Origin: Leptogorgia sarmentosa
Lineage: Eukaryota
DNA length: 64,000 nucleotides
Assembly (NCBI GenBank): GCA_964658305.1
Contig: OZ210885.1
Location: 26,350,001 to 26,414,000 of the forward strand
Direction of reading: 5' to 3'
Below are positions 13,538 to 24,587 of the stretch, piece after piece (within the stretch, counting starts at the first letter, position 1; each line of letters opens with the position of its first letter). Made by a program: the position numbers and the translations under genes. The notes beneath the pieces were generated by a model, which saw nothing but the letters and a program-made list of their open reading frames with translations, was not told where the DNA came from and did no database searches.

Positions 13538-13611
13538 TTCCCACGCCGGGAATCGAACCCGGGCCATGGCAGTGAAAACGCCAGATCCTATAACCACTAG
13601 ACCACATGGAA
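13538..13611 (-). pseudogene. tRNA-Glu(TTC), degenerate
   Basis: Loop ttTTCac; 2-nt D-loop insertion and acceptor mismatch. Confidence 0.78.
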
Positions 13612-13701
13612 GTGATAACTTGTTGACTATTCCTGTGTTACAAAGCCAGTTTTTTTCGCGTGTTGAAGTTGAAATTGAAATGCAAAAAAATGAAAATAAT
13701 C

Positions 13702-13772
13702 TGCGTTAGCGGGGAATCGAACCCCGGTCTCCCGCGTGGCAGGCGAGAATTCTACCACTGAACCACCAACGC
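13702..13772 (-). tRNA. tRNA-Gly(GCC)
   Basis: 71-nt cloverleaf with intact A and B boxes. Confidence 0.92.
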
Positions 13773-14061
13773 AAAGTTCCCCAATCCTTTCGTTATAATG
13801 TTTATATTCCACAAGATGCCGAACATTTTCACCGAACACCTTCAAATAATAAGTTAGAGAAAGTTCTAGGAAATTGTTACACTTTAAACATGATCAGCAA
13901 AATCAATATTTTTGTGGAAAAGCAAGATCATGTCAACAAAGACTTAAATACAGAAAACACCAAAAGAGTGGGTAAAAGAGGGGTAGAGCTAGCATAATAG
14001 AAACGGTTTAGGTAATTTCTCGAATTGCATGTTTTTTTCATTCTTTCGGAAGAGTATGGTA

Positions 14062-14122
14062 TTCCCATGCCGGGAATCGAACCCAGGCCATAGCGGTGAA
14101 AACGCCAGATCCTAACCACTAG
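14062..14122 (-). pseudogene. tRNA-Glu(TTC), 5'-truncated
   Basis: Lacks the 5' acceptor strand. Confidence 0.78.
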
Positions 14123-14249
14123 TTAAACGTATCTATTACATGATTCCTCTTTACTAAATATCCACGCCTTTTGAAGAGATGCCTTTGGGTGATAAAGAAA
14201 GAAAAAATATTAAAAAATGAGGAAACATTGTCACGGTCGACCGTGTTAA

Positions 14250-14321
14250 CTTTCTGTGGTGTAATGGTTAGCACTTTGGACTCTGAATCCAGCAATCCGA
14301 GTTCAAGTATCGGCAGAGCCT
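14250..14321 (+). pseudogene. tRNA-Gln(CTG), acceptor stem damaged
   Basis: Loop ctCTGaa; starts CT instead of GG. Confidence 0.78.
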
Positions 14322-14799
14322 ATGTTGGACAGAAGATTTAAAGGTTATTTTAAGGTCGCCACTTTTATTACCATTCTCTCCCTTATTACCATTCTCTTCC
14401 ACCGTCCATTTTCAATTCGGAGTTAATCGACAGAAATTGATCCAAGAAAAAAAATGAAAGCGAAAACGAACTAGTTATTTCAGTTACAAAAGGGATACTC
14501 TGTCAAAAGCTCCTTTAACCAAAAAAGTTATAAAGGTGTGAAAATCAAGAATTTAAAAAGCAATGGAAAAACTCTTTCCACGATCAAATAGTTTTTGCCA
14601 TTATTCATGATTTCGACGGTTTTCCAGGCTATCGCGAATATAGTTTTACTGTGCTGGAATTAGATCTTTATTAATCGTGTCAACACGCAAAAGAGAGTAA
14701 AATTAGAAAATGTTCATGTTACTTTCTTCCGTTGCGGGTTAAATTATGAACGAATAGTGAATCGTTAATAAACGAATACAGTGTTGAACAACGAAAAAT

Positions 14800-14881
14800 T
14801 GGCAGCGGTGGGATTCGAACCCACGTCATCGAAATGACTGGTGCCTAAAACCAGCGCCTTAGACCACTCGGCCACGCTACC
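14800..14881 (-). tRNA. tRNA-Leu(TAG)
   Basis: 82 nt, CTGGT-ttTAGgc-ACCAG, intact. Confidence 0.93.
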
Positions 14882-15000
14882 TGTGACGAGCTGAGAATAT
14901 AATTTCCCTTAAACATCCACCTCGTTTAAAGAGATGCATTTCGAATTCAAAGAAAGGAACAAACGTTAAACAATTCGGAACTTTGACATTAACCCCTTAA

Positions 15001-15075
15001 TGTGCTGTGGTGTAATGGTTAGCATTTTGGACTTTGAATCCAGCTGCGATCCGAGTTCAAGTCCCGGCAAAGCCT
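15001..15075 (+). pseudogene. tRNA-Gln(TTG), degenerate
   Basis: 3-nt insertion and stem mismatches. Confidence 0.75.
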
Positions 15076-15506
15076 AGATCGAACAGACGAATTAAAACAT
15101 ATTGTATAAGGTAGTGAATTATATTACATTTCTCTTGCACTGTCCATTTTGCGTGTCATATTTAGTTGAAAAAAATAATCGAGGAAGAAAAATTGATGCG
15201 AAGGTGAATTTCTTATTTTAGTTAAAAAGCGATCCTGTGTTATAGAAGTTCTTTAACGAAGGAAATTAGAAACGATTGAAAAATTATCAAGAATTTGGAA
15301 ACCAATGCCAAAAGTCTGTCCATCATGAAATGGTTTGTGGGAATGAAATAGTTTTGGGCAAAGGAGGATGATATCATAAAATATCAATTTTACTCTTGTT
15401 CAATCATGGATATAATTACGCGTTTTTCCATATTTGGTTCAAAGGCTTCAGCTTTTGAAACTTATATCAGCTCAACAAACGAATACAGCCATGAACAACA
15501 AAAATT

Positions 15507-15588
15507 TGGCAGCGGAGGGATCCGAACCCACGTCATCGAAATGACGGGCACCTGAAACCAGCGCCTTAGACAACTCGGCCACGCTACT
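15507..15588 (-). pseudogene. tRNA-Leu(CAG), degenerate
   Basis: Paralog of 14800 with damaged anticodon stem and T-loop. Confidence 0.78.
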
Positions 15589-15716
15589 TTTAACGCGTTG
15601 GTTGTGTGATTCGTGTTCAGCAAATATCCACGTCCGCTATTGAAGAGTGTTCCTTTTGCTGTGAAAGAAAGGAAGAAACGTTAAAGAATTGGGAAACTTT
15701 GTCAAGATTGTGTTAA

Positions 15717-15788
15717 GGTTCTGTGGTGTAATGGTTAGCACTTTGGACTTTGAATTCAGCGATCCGAGTTTAAGTCTTGGCAGAACCT
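15717..15788 (+). tRNA. tRNA-Gln(TTG), probable pseudogene
   Basis: Full length; T-loop reads TTTAAGT. Confidence 0.75.
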
Positions 15789-15840
15789 ATTTTGACATTT
15801 GAATATTTTAAAAATGCCGCGAATTTTAATACCTTTCTCT

Positions 15841-16251
15841 CCGCCTGCAGAAAAATTTTTTGGGATCACTTCGCGACTTGGTTACCAAGCACTGATCCAA
15901 TTCTGAATCTATTAAAACAGAAAATATTGTCTTTTCTTTTTCTTTTTGTTTTTCTAATCCAGGCCCAAACAGTAATTCTGACCCTAACAACAAAATGCTG
16001 AGAAAAAAAAAACCTTGAAAGAAAACAAACAAAATGACAAAAAAACAAAATGACAAAAATGCACACGCGAGAATCGAAACAACAGGGTCGCTACTGGCAA
16101 TCGGGACCATATAGTCTGAGCTAACGAAGCTCGACAAATTTGGCGCTAAAAACCTTTTATATGAATAGAATGTTGCAATACGTAATGTAAATGAAATGAA
16201 TGCTTAGTAACCAAGCCACAAAGTGATCCCAAAAAAATTTTCTGCTGGCGG
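15841..16251. mobile_element. 411-bp MITE with ~51-bp TIRs and an internal tRNA-like segment
   Basis: CCGCCTGCAGAAAAATTTTTTGGGATCAC.. is inverted to ..GTGATCCCAAAAAAATTTTCTGCTGGCGG; CT flanks both ends. Confidence 0.85.
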
Positions 16252-16457
16252 CTGAGTGTTTAAAGTGACAAATTCAATGCCTAAGTTTTCCATCTACAAA
16301 ACAACGGTAAGAAGTCGCGTTTTTTTTGCATTAAGGCTATGAAACACCCCAAGAAAGATTTTGTATTTGAATGTAAAATTGAAAAAACAGAGGTCCGTGA
16401 ATTGATTATAGCTGCGTTTGAAATCATATGTACGTAATTAACCTAGTAGACTACAAC

Positions 16458-16529
16458 GGGAGTGTAGCTCAGTGGTAGAGCATTCGACTGCAGATCGAGA
16501 GGTCGGTGGTTCAAATCCGCCCGCTCCTT
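16458..16529 (+). tRNA. tRNA-Cys(GCA)
   Basis: TTCGA-ctGCAga-TCGAG, A and B boxes intact. Confidence 0.9.
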
Positions 16530-16705
16530 CTTATCCTACCTATAAACTGGAAAACTTTCAAAGTCTTTAAAGCTGGCTGATGGGAAATATGCAACCCAAA
16601 GAGTGGAGATGCATATACTACGATTCGTTTTAAATCTACCACCAATACTTGAAAACGATTACTAAAATATTTTGTTGGATTTTACTCGCAGAATGAAAAT
16701 TTATT

Positions 16706-16776
16706 CGAGTGATTAAGGCGGCAGACTAGAAATCTGTTGGGAATTTCCCGCGCAGGTTCAAATCCTGTCGACTACG
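16706..16776 (+). pseudogene. tRNA-Ser(AGA), 5'-truncated
   Basis: Matches the 11743 copy from about nt 12 onward. Confidence 0.8.
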
Positions 16777-17019
16777 GAAGAGCTAATTTCCAGAATGTAT
16801 TTGGCAAAATTTTGGTGTTATAGCATGCAATAAGGAGAAAAAAGAGAAAAGTTATAAAAAGAAGTTGTCGAAGAAACTTTTTTAAAGCAAAGTTTTCAAC
16901 TTCTAGCTGGAGTCCGAAGGACGAGTGCTATTTGTGGTCTTCGGAAAACTCACGAGTGTATGTTATTAAATAGTAATATCCATTATTTTTATATTTCTTT
17001 TGGGAAGGTTTTTGAGTTG

Positions 17020-17093
17020 GTCTCTGCGGCGCAATCGGTTAGCGCGTTCGGCAGTTAACCGAAAGGTTGTTGCTTCGAGTTCAACCAGGGACG
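17020..17093 (+). pseudogene. tRNA-Asn(GTT), degenerate
   Basis: Full length; U8, U33 and T-stem changes. Confidence 0.8.
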
Positions 17094-17215
17094 TGTTTGT
17101 TGTGATGTTATTCATACGTCGTGATGGGAAATGTAACCGAATTTTTTGCGCGGTGTTTTCTAAGAATTTATGGAAGCTTTCAAAAACCAGAACGTCTTAC
17201 TTGGTTAATTAACTA

Positions 17216-17287
17216 GGGCTTGCACGGGAATCGAACCCGTGACCTCTCGCACCCAAAGCGAGAATCACACTACTAGACCAGCAAGCC
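17216..17287 (-). tRNA. tRNA-Pro(TGG), D-loop variant
   Basis: Loop ttTGGgt; the D-loop GG is altered. Confidence 0.82.
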
Positions 17288-17398
17288 AATGATGGTATCA
17301 AAATGTTTTCTATTGTACTTTGTACTGACGGAGAAAAATGGGGCATTAATGTAATATCTCAGCCTTTCCAAAACACTTTCCAATCTTCTAACGACGTC

Positions 17399-17470
17399 GC
17401 CGTGATCGTATAGTGGTTAGTACATTGCGTTGTGGCCGCAATAACCCAGGTTCGAATCCTGGTCACGGCA
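17399..17470 (+). tRNA. tRNA-His(GTG)
   Basis: TTGCG-ttGTGgc-CGCAA, intact. Confidence 0.93.
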
Positions 17471-17637
17471 TCTGTTTCAAACACCAAAAAGTATTGTAAT
17501 CACCAATGCGGGCACCGTCACCGTTGAAGTTCTGTTTATTGTTGCCGTTGCATATGACCTTGGCTAAAAATCCGATTTTGAACAAAAATAATATCGATTA
17601 TTTTTTGTTTCTTTTCGGAAGGATTTAAATGGAGTCG

Positions 17638-17793
17638 GTCTCTGTGGCCCAATCGGTTAGCACGTTCGGCTGTTAACCGAAAGGTTGTTGGTTCACAAAG
17701 GCATCTCTTTAAACGATGTGGCTGAGTGGTCTAAGGCGCTGGTTCAAGGCACCAGTCATTTCGATGACGTAGGCTCGAATCCCACCGCTGCCA
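17638..17793 (+). pseudogene. 3'-truncated tRNA-Asn (17638-17694) joined to 5'-truncated tRNA-Leu(AAG) (17717-17793)
   Basis: Deletion junction between two modules. Confidence 0.75.
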
Positions 17794-18271
17794 AATTTTC
17801 GTTGTTCATCGACGTTGTGGTTGATTCAGCTCACATAAGTTTCACAGTCTGACGCTTCTTATCCATATTTTCGGAAAACTCACGAATTCATCCATAACGG
17901 TAAAAATAGTAAAACTCTAAATTCTTGAACATTTTTCACTTCTTTATCATTTTACCCGTTAAAGAGCTTTTATAAACGAGTATATATCGCTTTTGCACTA
18001 CACGAAATGTATAGCAAACCCTCAATTTCACCGTCGAAAACGCTAACAACATAACACAAAAATAAAATAAACACAGTATTTCCGGTGACCATTTAAATTT
18101 CCCAATGGTATTAAAATCGTTTGATTTTATTAACTGGGATTATAGAAAAAAATGTAACAAAATAGTTGTCAAGAGAAAATCAGAACGGGATGTGGCATGT
18201 TCAGAACGTAATGTGGCATGTTGAAGGTAGCAAAGAATAAATGTGGTAGGAAATTCCGTGTTTTCATGTGT

Positions 18272-18395
18272 GTCATGATGGCCGAGCGGTCTAAGGCGCC
18301 AGACTCAAGGGCAAAAACTTGTCACGATCAACCTTGACATAATAGGGCGTTCTGGTCCACACATGTGGTCGTGAGTTCAAATCCCACTCCTGACA
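18272..18395 (+). tRNA. tRNA-Leu(CAA) with 40-nt intron
   Basis: 84-nt body plus intron after position 37; the intron CTTGA can pair with TCAAG; two stem mismatches. Confidence 0.85.
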
Positions 18396-18538
18396 ACAAC
18401 TTTACAAACAAATTGAGAATATTTCTTTTCAAATCTGATCTATTTAAACTAATTCGATATCAGCAAGAATATTTTTCTGGTTCTTTACTGAAAAATTCCA
18501 AAGAAAAAAAGCCTAGTAGAAAAAAGCTCATATATGTA

Positions 18539-18611
18539 TGTTTCCGCCAAGGACCGAACTGAGGACCTTGCGCGTGTAATGCGCATGTGATAACCACTAC
18601 ACTACGGAAAC
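18539..18611 (-). pseudogene. tRNA-Val(TAC), T-arm damaged
   Basis: Paralog of 9541 and 9728. Confidence 0.78.
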
Positions 18612-18707
18612 TGACATATGTGCAAAACATATAGAAATAGATGTATTCACTTTAATTAATTTTTCAGATTTTTTACTGAAATTTTTAGTTAAAAAAGCTC
18701 ATATGTA

Positions 18708-18780
18708 TGTTTCCACCCAGGTTTGAACTGAGGACCTTGCACGTGTTAAGCGCATGTGATAACCACTACATTACGGAAAC
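18708..18780 (-). tRNA. tRNA-Val(AAC), variant
   Basis: Loop ttAACac; several substitutions. Confidence 0.8.
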
Positions 18781-18946
18781 TGACATATGCGCATACATAG
18801 AAATGTATTTATCCAGTTTGATTAGATATTTATTAGCCGAAATTTGTTGTGGCATTTCGTGGTTCCAACACAATTATTTCCAAGTAACAAATTTAAAATG
18901 AAAGCACTAAAACTTTCCGCCCTCAGTCGCTGAACTATTGATTCCT

Positions 18947-19019
18947 TGTTTCTGCCCAGGATTGAACTGGGGACCTTGCGCGTGTGAGGCGCACGTGATA
19001 ACCACTTCACTACAGAAAT
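18947..19019 (-). tRNA. tRNA-Val(CAC), variant
   Basis: TGCGC-ctCACac-GCGCA; 1:72 mismatch. Confidence 0.8.
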
Positions 19020-19442
19020 GAATTGGAACAATGACAAAACAGAGACAAAATTCTGGAGGAGAGAATCCTTGCAACAAAAATTTGAAACAAATTCATGGAG
19101 ATGCTGGTCCCTTGCCAGATTTAAACTGGGGTCCTTGTAGTGTTAGAAGCGTTTATTAACCAGTACACTACAAGAAAAGTATAGCAATCCATAAATTCAC
19201 CCTCCCAAACACTAACAAGATAACACAAAAACAACATAAGCACAGTATTTTCGATGACCATTGAAAATTTGCAATGGTATTAAAATCGTTCGATTTTAAC
19301 TGCGATTGATTGAAAAAATTCCAATAAAATAATGTGTAGCTCCGTCACGTATTCGGCTCACGTCAGTTGTCAAGAGAAAATCACAACAATGTTGAAGGTA
19401 GCAAAGAATAAATGTGGTAGGAAATTCCATGTTTTTATGCGT

Positions 19443-19566
19443 GTCAGGATGGCCGAGCGGTCCAATGCACCAGACTTAAGTGCAAAAACTTTTCGCGATC
19501 AACCTTGACGTAATAGGGCGTTCTGGTCCACACATGTGGTCGTGGGTTCGAATCCCACTCCTGACA
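19443..19566 (+). pseudogene. Intron-containing tRNA-Leu(CAA) family copy with anticodon TAA
   Basis: Same 40-nt intron family as 18272; D-arm damaged. Confidence 0.8.
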
Positions 19567-20093
19567 ACAAATTTACAAAAAAATTGAGAACATTTTTTCT
19601 CAGAACTGATCTATTTACACAAATTCGATATCACCAAGAAATGTTTCTGATTTTTTACTGAAAAATTCCAATGAAAAAAATTTATCTGTTTAAAAAGGCT
19701 CATATGTGTATTTTCGCGCAGGTTCGATCTGAGGACATTCCGCGTGTTAAGCGCATGTGATAACCATGCACTTAACGCATGCGCTTTTCGTTTTTTACTG
19801 AAAGTTTGCAAAGAAAAAATATATGCAGTTAAAAAAGCTCATATGTATGTGTCCGCCAAGGTTCGAACAACGCTGATGTTGTACCAATTCCGAAAAAAGA
19901 ACCACTACGCGATGTTAACCGCCACTTTCGGCCCATTTCCTCCTATTTGATTTTTTTTATTTTCTGAATTAATTGAAACAAATTGATTGAAGAACAATAT
20001 TAATGTCATATTATTCACAGTATAGCGCTGAGAGAGTAGGTTAGTGGTAGGCGTCAATGTTTACTTGAACTACGCGAAACCTGTTGTGGCAAC

Positions 20094-20175
20094 GTAGTCG
20101 TGGCCGAGTGGTTAAGGCGACAGACTAGAAATCTGTTGGGAGTTTCCCGCGCAGGTTTAAATCCTACCGACTACG
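20094..20175 (+). tRNA. tRNA-Ser(AGA), T-arm variant
   Basis: Paralog of 11743; T-loop reads TTTAAAT. Confidence 0.8.
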
Positions 20176-20464
20176 TTATGCAAAGTCTTCAATATTTCCG
20201 TCTCGAATTTAAACATGAATTTTTTGGGGGAAAACCTTGATGAGAGGAGATTCTGTTCTAGTTGTTGTGAGAGCTGAATGTTTAAAGTGACAGATTCAAG
20301 GTCCAAGTTTTCGGAAAGAAGTCGCGTTTTTTATTATATTAAGGTTATAAAACATGCCAAGAATGATTTTGTATTTGAATGTAAAATTGAAAAAAAGAGG
20401 TCCGTGAATTGATTATAGATGCGTTTGAAATAATATGTACGTAATTAACCTAGTAGTCTACACA

Positions 20465-20543
20465 GGGAGTGTAGCTCGGTGCATGGTAGAGCATTAATTC
20501 GACTGCAGATCGAGAGGCCGGTGATTCAAATCTGGCCGCTCCT
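20465..20543 (+). pseudogene. tRNA-Cys(GCA) with insertions
   Basis: Paralog of 16458, including the upstream flank. Confidence 0.78.
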
Positions 20544-20649
20544 TTTTATCATACCTATAAACTAGAAAACTTTCAAATTCTTTAAAGCGATGAGCGTTAG
20601 ATGATATAGAGCTAACGTACCATGACGTCATGATTTTAATATAACCATT

Positions 20650-21430
20650 TATTTAACAATTAGATTACGAGCTCGAGATTTCTATTTAACAATTAGTCGC
20701 CGAAGGCGAGGTGATTACAAGCAATCACCGGTGATTACAAGCAATCACTAATTGTTTTAGTATAAATTCCCAGGTCAAAGTGATTTGATTCAAACTATCT
20801 GTTAAGTAGAAATTCAAGTTTTGTTTACTTTGCTTGTAGTTTGTTTACAATAATAGTTCACGCTCATATCGCCACTTTGTTAGTGAAAAAAGCCAGTTTT
20901 GTTGCATAAAAACAACACTAAATAAAATATTTTACTTTGAAAGATTTTTAAACCATATTTTGTCGCTTGTTTGGTTTTCTTGGGGATGCTTTCTTGTTTA
21001 ATTTTGTTAATTTCCTCCTCCGAATCTTCAGCAAACCGGGCGGCCATTTTGAATTTTAATTATGAAAAAGTGATAGTCACCTCCTGACTATAACAAGAGA
21101 GAAATCAATTCTTGACCAATCAAATTGCAGGAAATCTTATAGTCACCTCAAGATTTATACTAATACTATTTAGTAGAATCATACACGTACTATTGCAAAT
21201 GCTGCAATTTGATTGGCTACTCTACTCGATATCTATTCCTCGATAGATAGCGAGTAGCAAAATATATGAATTTTCGTTCAAGAAAATGTCTTCTGAGACG
21301 TGGTTTTCAATTACTTTTTGCAATATTTTCATGTTTGATCTCTGATTCTACTAAAACAATTAGATTACTCGCTCTCGATTTCTACGAGATGATAGTTGAT
21401 TTGGGCTTCGCCCTCATCAACTATCACCTC
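20650..21430. mobile_element. Nested non-autonomous hairpin-ended elements (Crypton-like, tentative)
   Basis: 20650-20684 is the exact reverse complement of 32369-32403. 21367-21430 matches 32305-32368. Hairpin GATAGTTGAT..ATCAACTATC. Confidence 0.55.
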
Positions 21431-21452
21431 TTAGTATTAGCTGTGAACTAAT

Positions 21453-21596
21453 TTTATATAGACTAAGATCCCAACCCAAACCATACTAACCCTGACCATA
21501 GAGGTCGGCAAAATATTGAGGGAAAAAAAGTTTTAACTTGAAATCACCAACGCGAAAGAAAAGTGTCGCACCGGGCCTTGAACTCTAGATGCAACA
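21453..21596 (-). repeat. Fragment of the tRNA-like/GGGTTAG dispersed repeat also found at 25895-26090
   Basis: Reverse complement aligns with 25937-26090. Confidence 0.7.
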
Positions 21597-21817
21597 AAAT
21601 GAAAATATTCTGCGTTAGAAGTTTTAGGAAATTGTTACACCTTAAACATGATCAGCTAAATAATTTTTTTGGAAAAGCAAATTCATGTTAATAAAGACTT
21701 AAAATAATACAGAAAACACCAAAACAATGGGTAAGAGGGTAGAGCTAGTATAATAGCAATGCATGGTTTTGCTAATTTCTCGAAATGCACATTTTTTTCC
21801 TTCTCTCGTAAGTATTA

Positions 21818-21889
21818 CTCCCATGCCGGGAATAGAACCCGGGCCTTGGCGGTGAGAGCGCCAGATCCTGACCTCTGCACCACATGGGA
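21818..21889 (-). pseudogene. tRNA-Glu(CTC), degenerate
   Basis: A and B box substitutions. Confidence 0.78.
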
Positions 21890-21951
21890 GAAACATTTAT
21901 CTCTTCTCGGAATGTGAAAATAACAATAATATTTTTAATATCAGAAGTGCT

Positions 21952-22024
21952 TGACCTTGAAGTGAATTCGACACTTAACCTTCTGATCTGGAGTCAGACG
22001 CGCTACCAATTGCGCCACAAGGCC
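21952..22024 (-). tRNA. tRNA-Trp(CCA), variant
   Basis: TCTGA-ctCCAga-TCAGA; T-loop altered. Confidence 0.82.
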
Positions 22025-22109
22025 GTAGCGCTGTTAAAATGGTTTGGTTTCAGAGAACGAGTTTGAAAATGTGAACGCAAGCTGCTTCAAATTGAAATTT
22101 TCAAAAAAA

Positions 22110-22181
22110 ATCCCACGCCGGCAATCGAACCCGGGCCATGGCGGTGAAAACGCCAGATCCTAACCGCTAGACCACATGGGA
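22110..22181 (-). tRNA. tRNA-Glu(TTC), variant
   Basis: TGGCG-ttTTCac-CGCCA; one T-stem mismatch. Confidence 0.82.
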
Positions 22182-22385
22182 GTGATAGCTTGTTGACTAT
22201 TCCTGTGTTACGAAGCCAGGTATTTTCTCGCCTTAGACCACTCGGCCACGCTACCTTTAACCTGATAATTATATGACTCCTAGCTCTTTAGTAAATGTCC
22301 ACGTCCTTTGAAGAGATGCCGTTTGCTGTCAAAAAAGGAAGAAGAAACGTGAAACAGTTGGGAAACATTGTCACGATCGTGTTAA

Positions 22386-22457
22386 GGTTCTGTGGTTTAA
22401 TGGCTGGCACTTTGGGCTCTGAATTCTTCGCTGCGAGTTCACGTCTCCGCCGAACAT
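22386..22457 (+). pseudogene. tRNA-Gln(CTG), highly degenerate
   Basis: Recognisable from body and flanks. Confidence 0.7.
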
Positions 22458-22889
22458 AGATTGAACAGGACATTAGAAACTTTGTACAAGTAGCGAATGT
22501 TCTACATTTCTCTTGTGCTGTCCATTTTGAATCTCATAGTTAGTTGGAAAAAATATTGAGAAAGAACAATTATGTAATGTGAAGGTGAATTTCTTATTGT
22601 AGTTACAAAAGCTAGCGATACTCTGTTATAAAAGCTTTTTAACGAGAAAATTTAGGAAGGTGTGTAAAATAATCGAGAATTTAGAAACCGATGCGAAAAG
22701 TCTGTTCATGATGAAAAAGTGGGAATCAAATAATTTTGCAAAAAAAAGGGTGAATTCAGAAAATATTAATTTTACTTTTTTTCTGTTATGGATGTAGTTA
22801 CGAATTTTCCCAAAACAAGGATAAGAAACATGAACTTGTGAAATTTATATTAAGTGAATCAACAACAGCATCAAAGCACAGCGAAAATT

Positions 22890-22971
22890 TGGCAGCGGTG
22901 GGATTCGAACCCACGCCATCGAAATGACTGGTGCCTTAAACCAGCGCCTTAGACCACTCGGCCACGCTACC
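22890..22971 (-). tRNA. tRNA-Leu(AAG)
   Basis: Intact 82 nt, CTGGT-ttAAGgc-ACCAG. Confidence 0.93.
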
Positions 22972-23094
22972 TGTGACGCGCTGATAACATCATCTCCCTT
23001 TAATAAACACCCACAACGTTTAAAGAGATGCCTTTCTCTATCAAAGAAATGAAGAAACGTCAAACAAATCGGACCTTTGACAATACAGTGTTAA

Positions 23095-23162
23095 GGTTCT
23101 GTGGTTTAATGGTTTGCACTTTGGACTTTGAATCCAGCGATCCGAGTTCAAGTCTCGGCAGA
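23095..23162 (+). pseudogene. tRNA-Gln(TTG), 3' end deleted
   Basis: Lacks the last acceptor bases. Confidence 0.78.
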
Positions 23163-23638
23163 TTTAGAAGTTATTTTAAGGTCGCCAATTTTATTACCTT
23201 TCTCCTCCAACATCCTATTTTGCAATTCGGAGTTAATTGACAGAAATTGATCCATGAACAAAATGAAAGCGAACTTGTTATTTCAATTACAAAAGGGATA
23301 CACTCTGTTAAAAACTCTTTTAACCAATAAAATTATAAAGAAGTGAAAATCAAGAACTTAATAAAAACCAATGGAAAAACTCTTTCCATGATCAATTAGT
23401 TTTTTTTGTCATCATTCATGGATTCGAAGGTTTTCCAGCCTATCGCGAATAGCTTTACTGTGCTGGAATTACATTCTTTATTAATCGTGTCAGCAAGCAA
23501 AAACGGTAAAATGAGAAAATATTAATGTTACTTTCTTCCGTTAGGGGTTATATTTTTTCCGTACGGACCTCCAAGCCGGTAAATAACATTTATTTATTTT
23601 AAGTTTATATTTCTTTGGGAAGGTTTTTCATGGTGTCA

Positions 23639-23651
23639 TTCTCTGTGGCGT

Positions 23652-23688
<37 letters not shown>

Positions 23689-23712
23689 TTGGTTCGAGTC
23701 CAACCAGGGACG
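23639..23712 (+). tRNA. tRNA-Asn(GTT)
   Basis: TTCGG-ctGTTaa-CCGAA; G1 changed to T. Confidence 0.85.
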
Positions 23713-23935
23713 TGTTTGGTGTGATGTTATTCAGACGTAGTAACAAGGGGCGGATGGAGACCATATCGAACGTATCAGCTGATACGGTCAGAAAAAATAC
23801 AATAATAATGGATATTATTTTTTGACCTAAATCTAATTTTTACCAAGGCCACATTGAAGGGGAATAAGAAACGGGACTTGAACGGTGACAATGCACGCAA
23901 TGGTGATTACAATACTTTTTGGTGTTTCAAACAGA

Positions 23936-24007
23936 TGCCGTGGCCAGGATTCGAACCTGGGTTATTGCTGCCCCAACGCAATGTACTAGCCACTATACGA
24001 TCACGGT
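23936..24007 (-). pseudogene. tRNA-His-derived pseudogene (anticodon GGG)
   Basis: Inverted paralog of 24516. Confidence 0.78.
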
Positions 24008-24117
24008 GACTACGCTGGAAGATTGGAAAATGTTTTGGAAGTGCTGAGTATTACATTAATCCCATATTTTTCTTCCTCAGTACAAAATACATTAGAGAAA
24101 ATTTTGATGCCATCAAT

Positions 24118-24177
24118 GGCTTGCTGGTCTAGTGGTATGATTCTTGCTTTGGGTGCGACAGTTCACGGGTTCGATTG
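24118..24177 (+). pseudogene. tRNA-Pro(TGG), 3'-truncated
   Basis: Ends in the T-loop. Confidence 0.78.
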
Positions 24178-24333
24178 CTGCCGAAATTCTGTTCTTTATT
24201 CCCGTTCAATGTGGCCTTTCAAAAATAGTATCCATTATTAGTGTCAGTCTCATTGGCGTATTCGGCTGTTAACGTTAACCGAAACGATTTACGGAAGCTT
24301 TCAAAATAGAGAAGGTCTTGCTTGGTTAATGAA

Positions 24334-24405
24334 GGGCTTGCACGGGAATCGAACCCGTGACCTCTCGCACCCAAAGCGAGAATCATACCACTAGACCAGC
24401 AAGCC
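24334..24405 (-). tRNA. tRNA-Pro(TGG)
   Basis: Intact cloverleaf. Confidence 0.93.
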
Positions 24406-24515
24406 ATTGATAGTAACCAATTGTTCTCTAATGTAATTTGTACTGACGAAGAAAAAAATGGGACCAATGTAATATCTCAGCCGTTCCAAAACATTTCCAA
24501 TCTTCCAACGACGTC

Positions 24516-24587
24516 GCCGTGATCGTATAGTGGTTAGTACATTGCGTTGTGGCCGCAATAACCCAGGTTGGAATCCTGGTCACGGCA
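24516..24587 (+). tRNA. tRNA-His(GTG), C56G variant
   Basis: Identical to 17399 except T-loop TTGGAAT. Confidence 0.85.
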
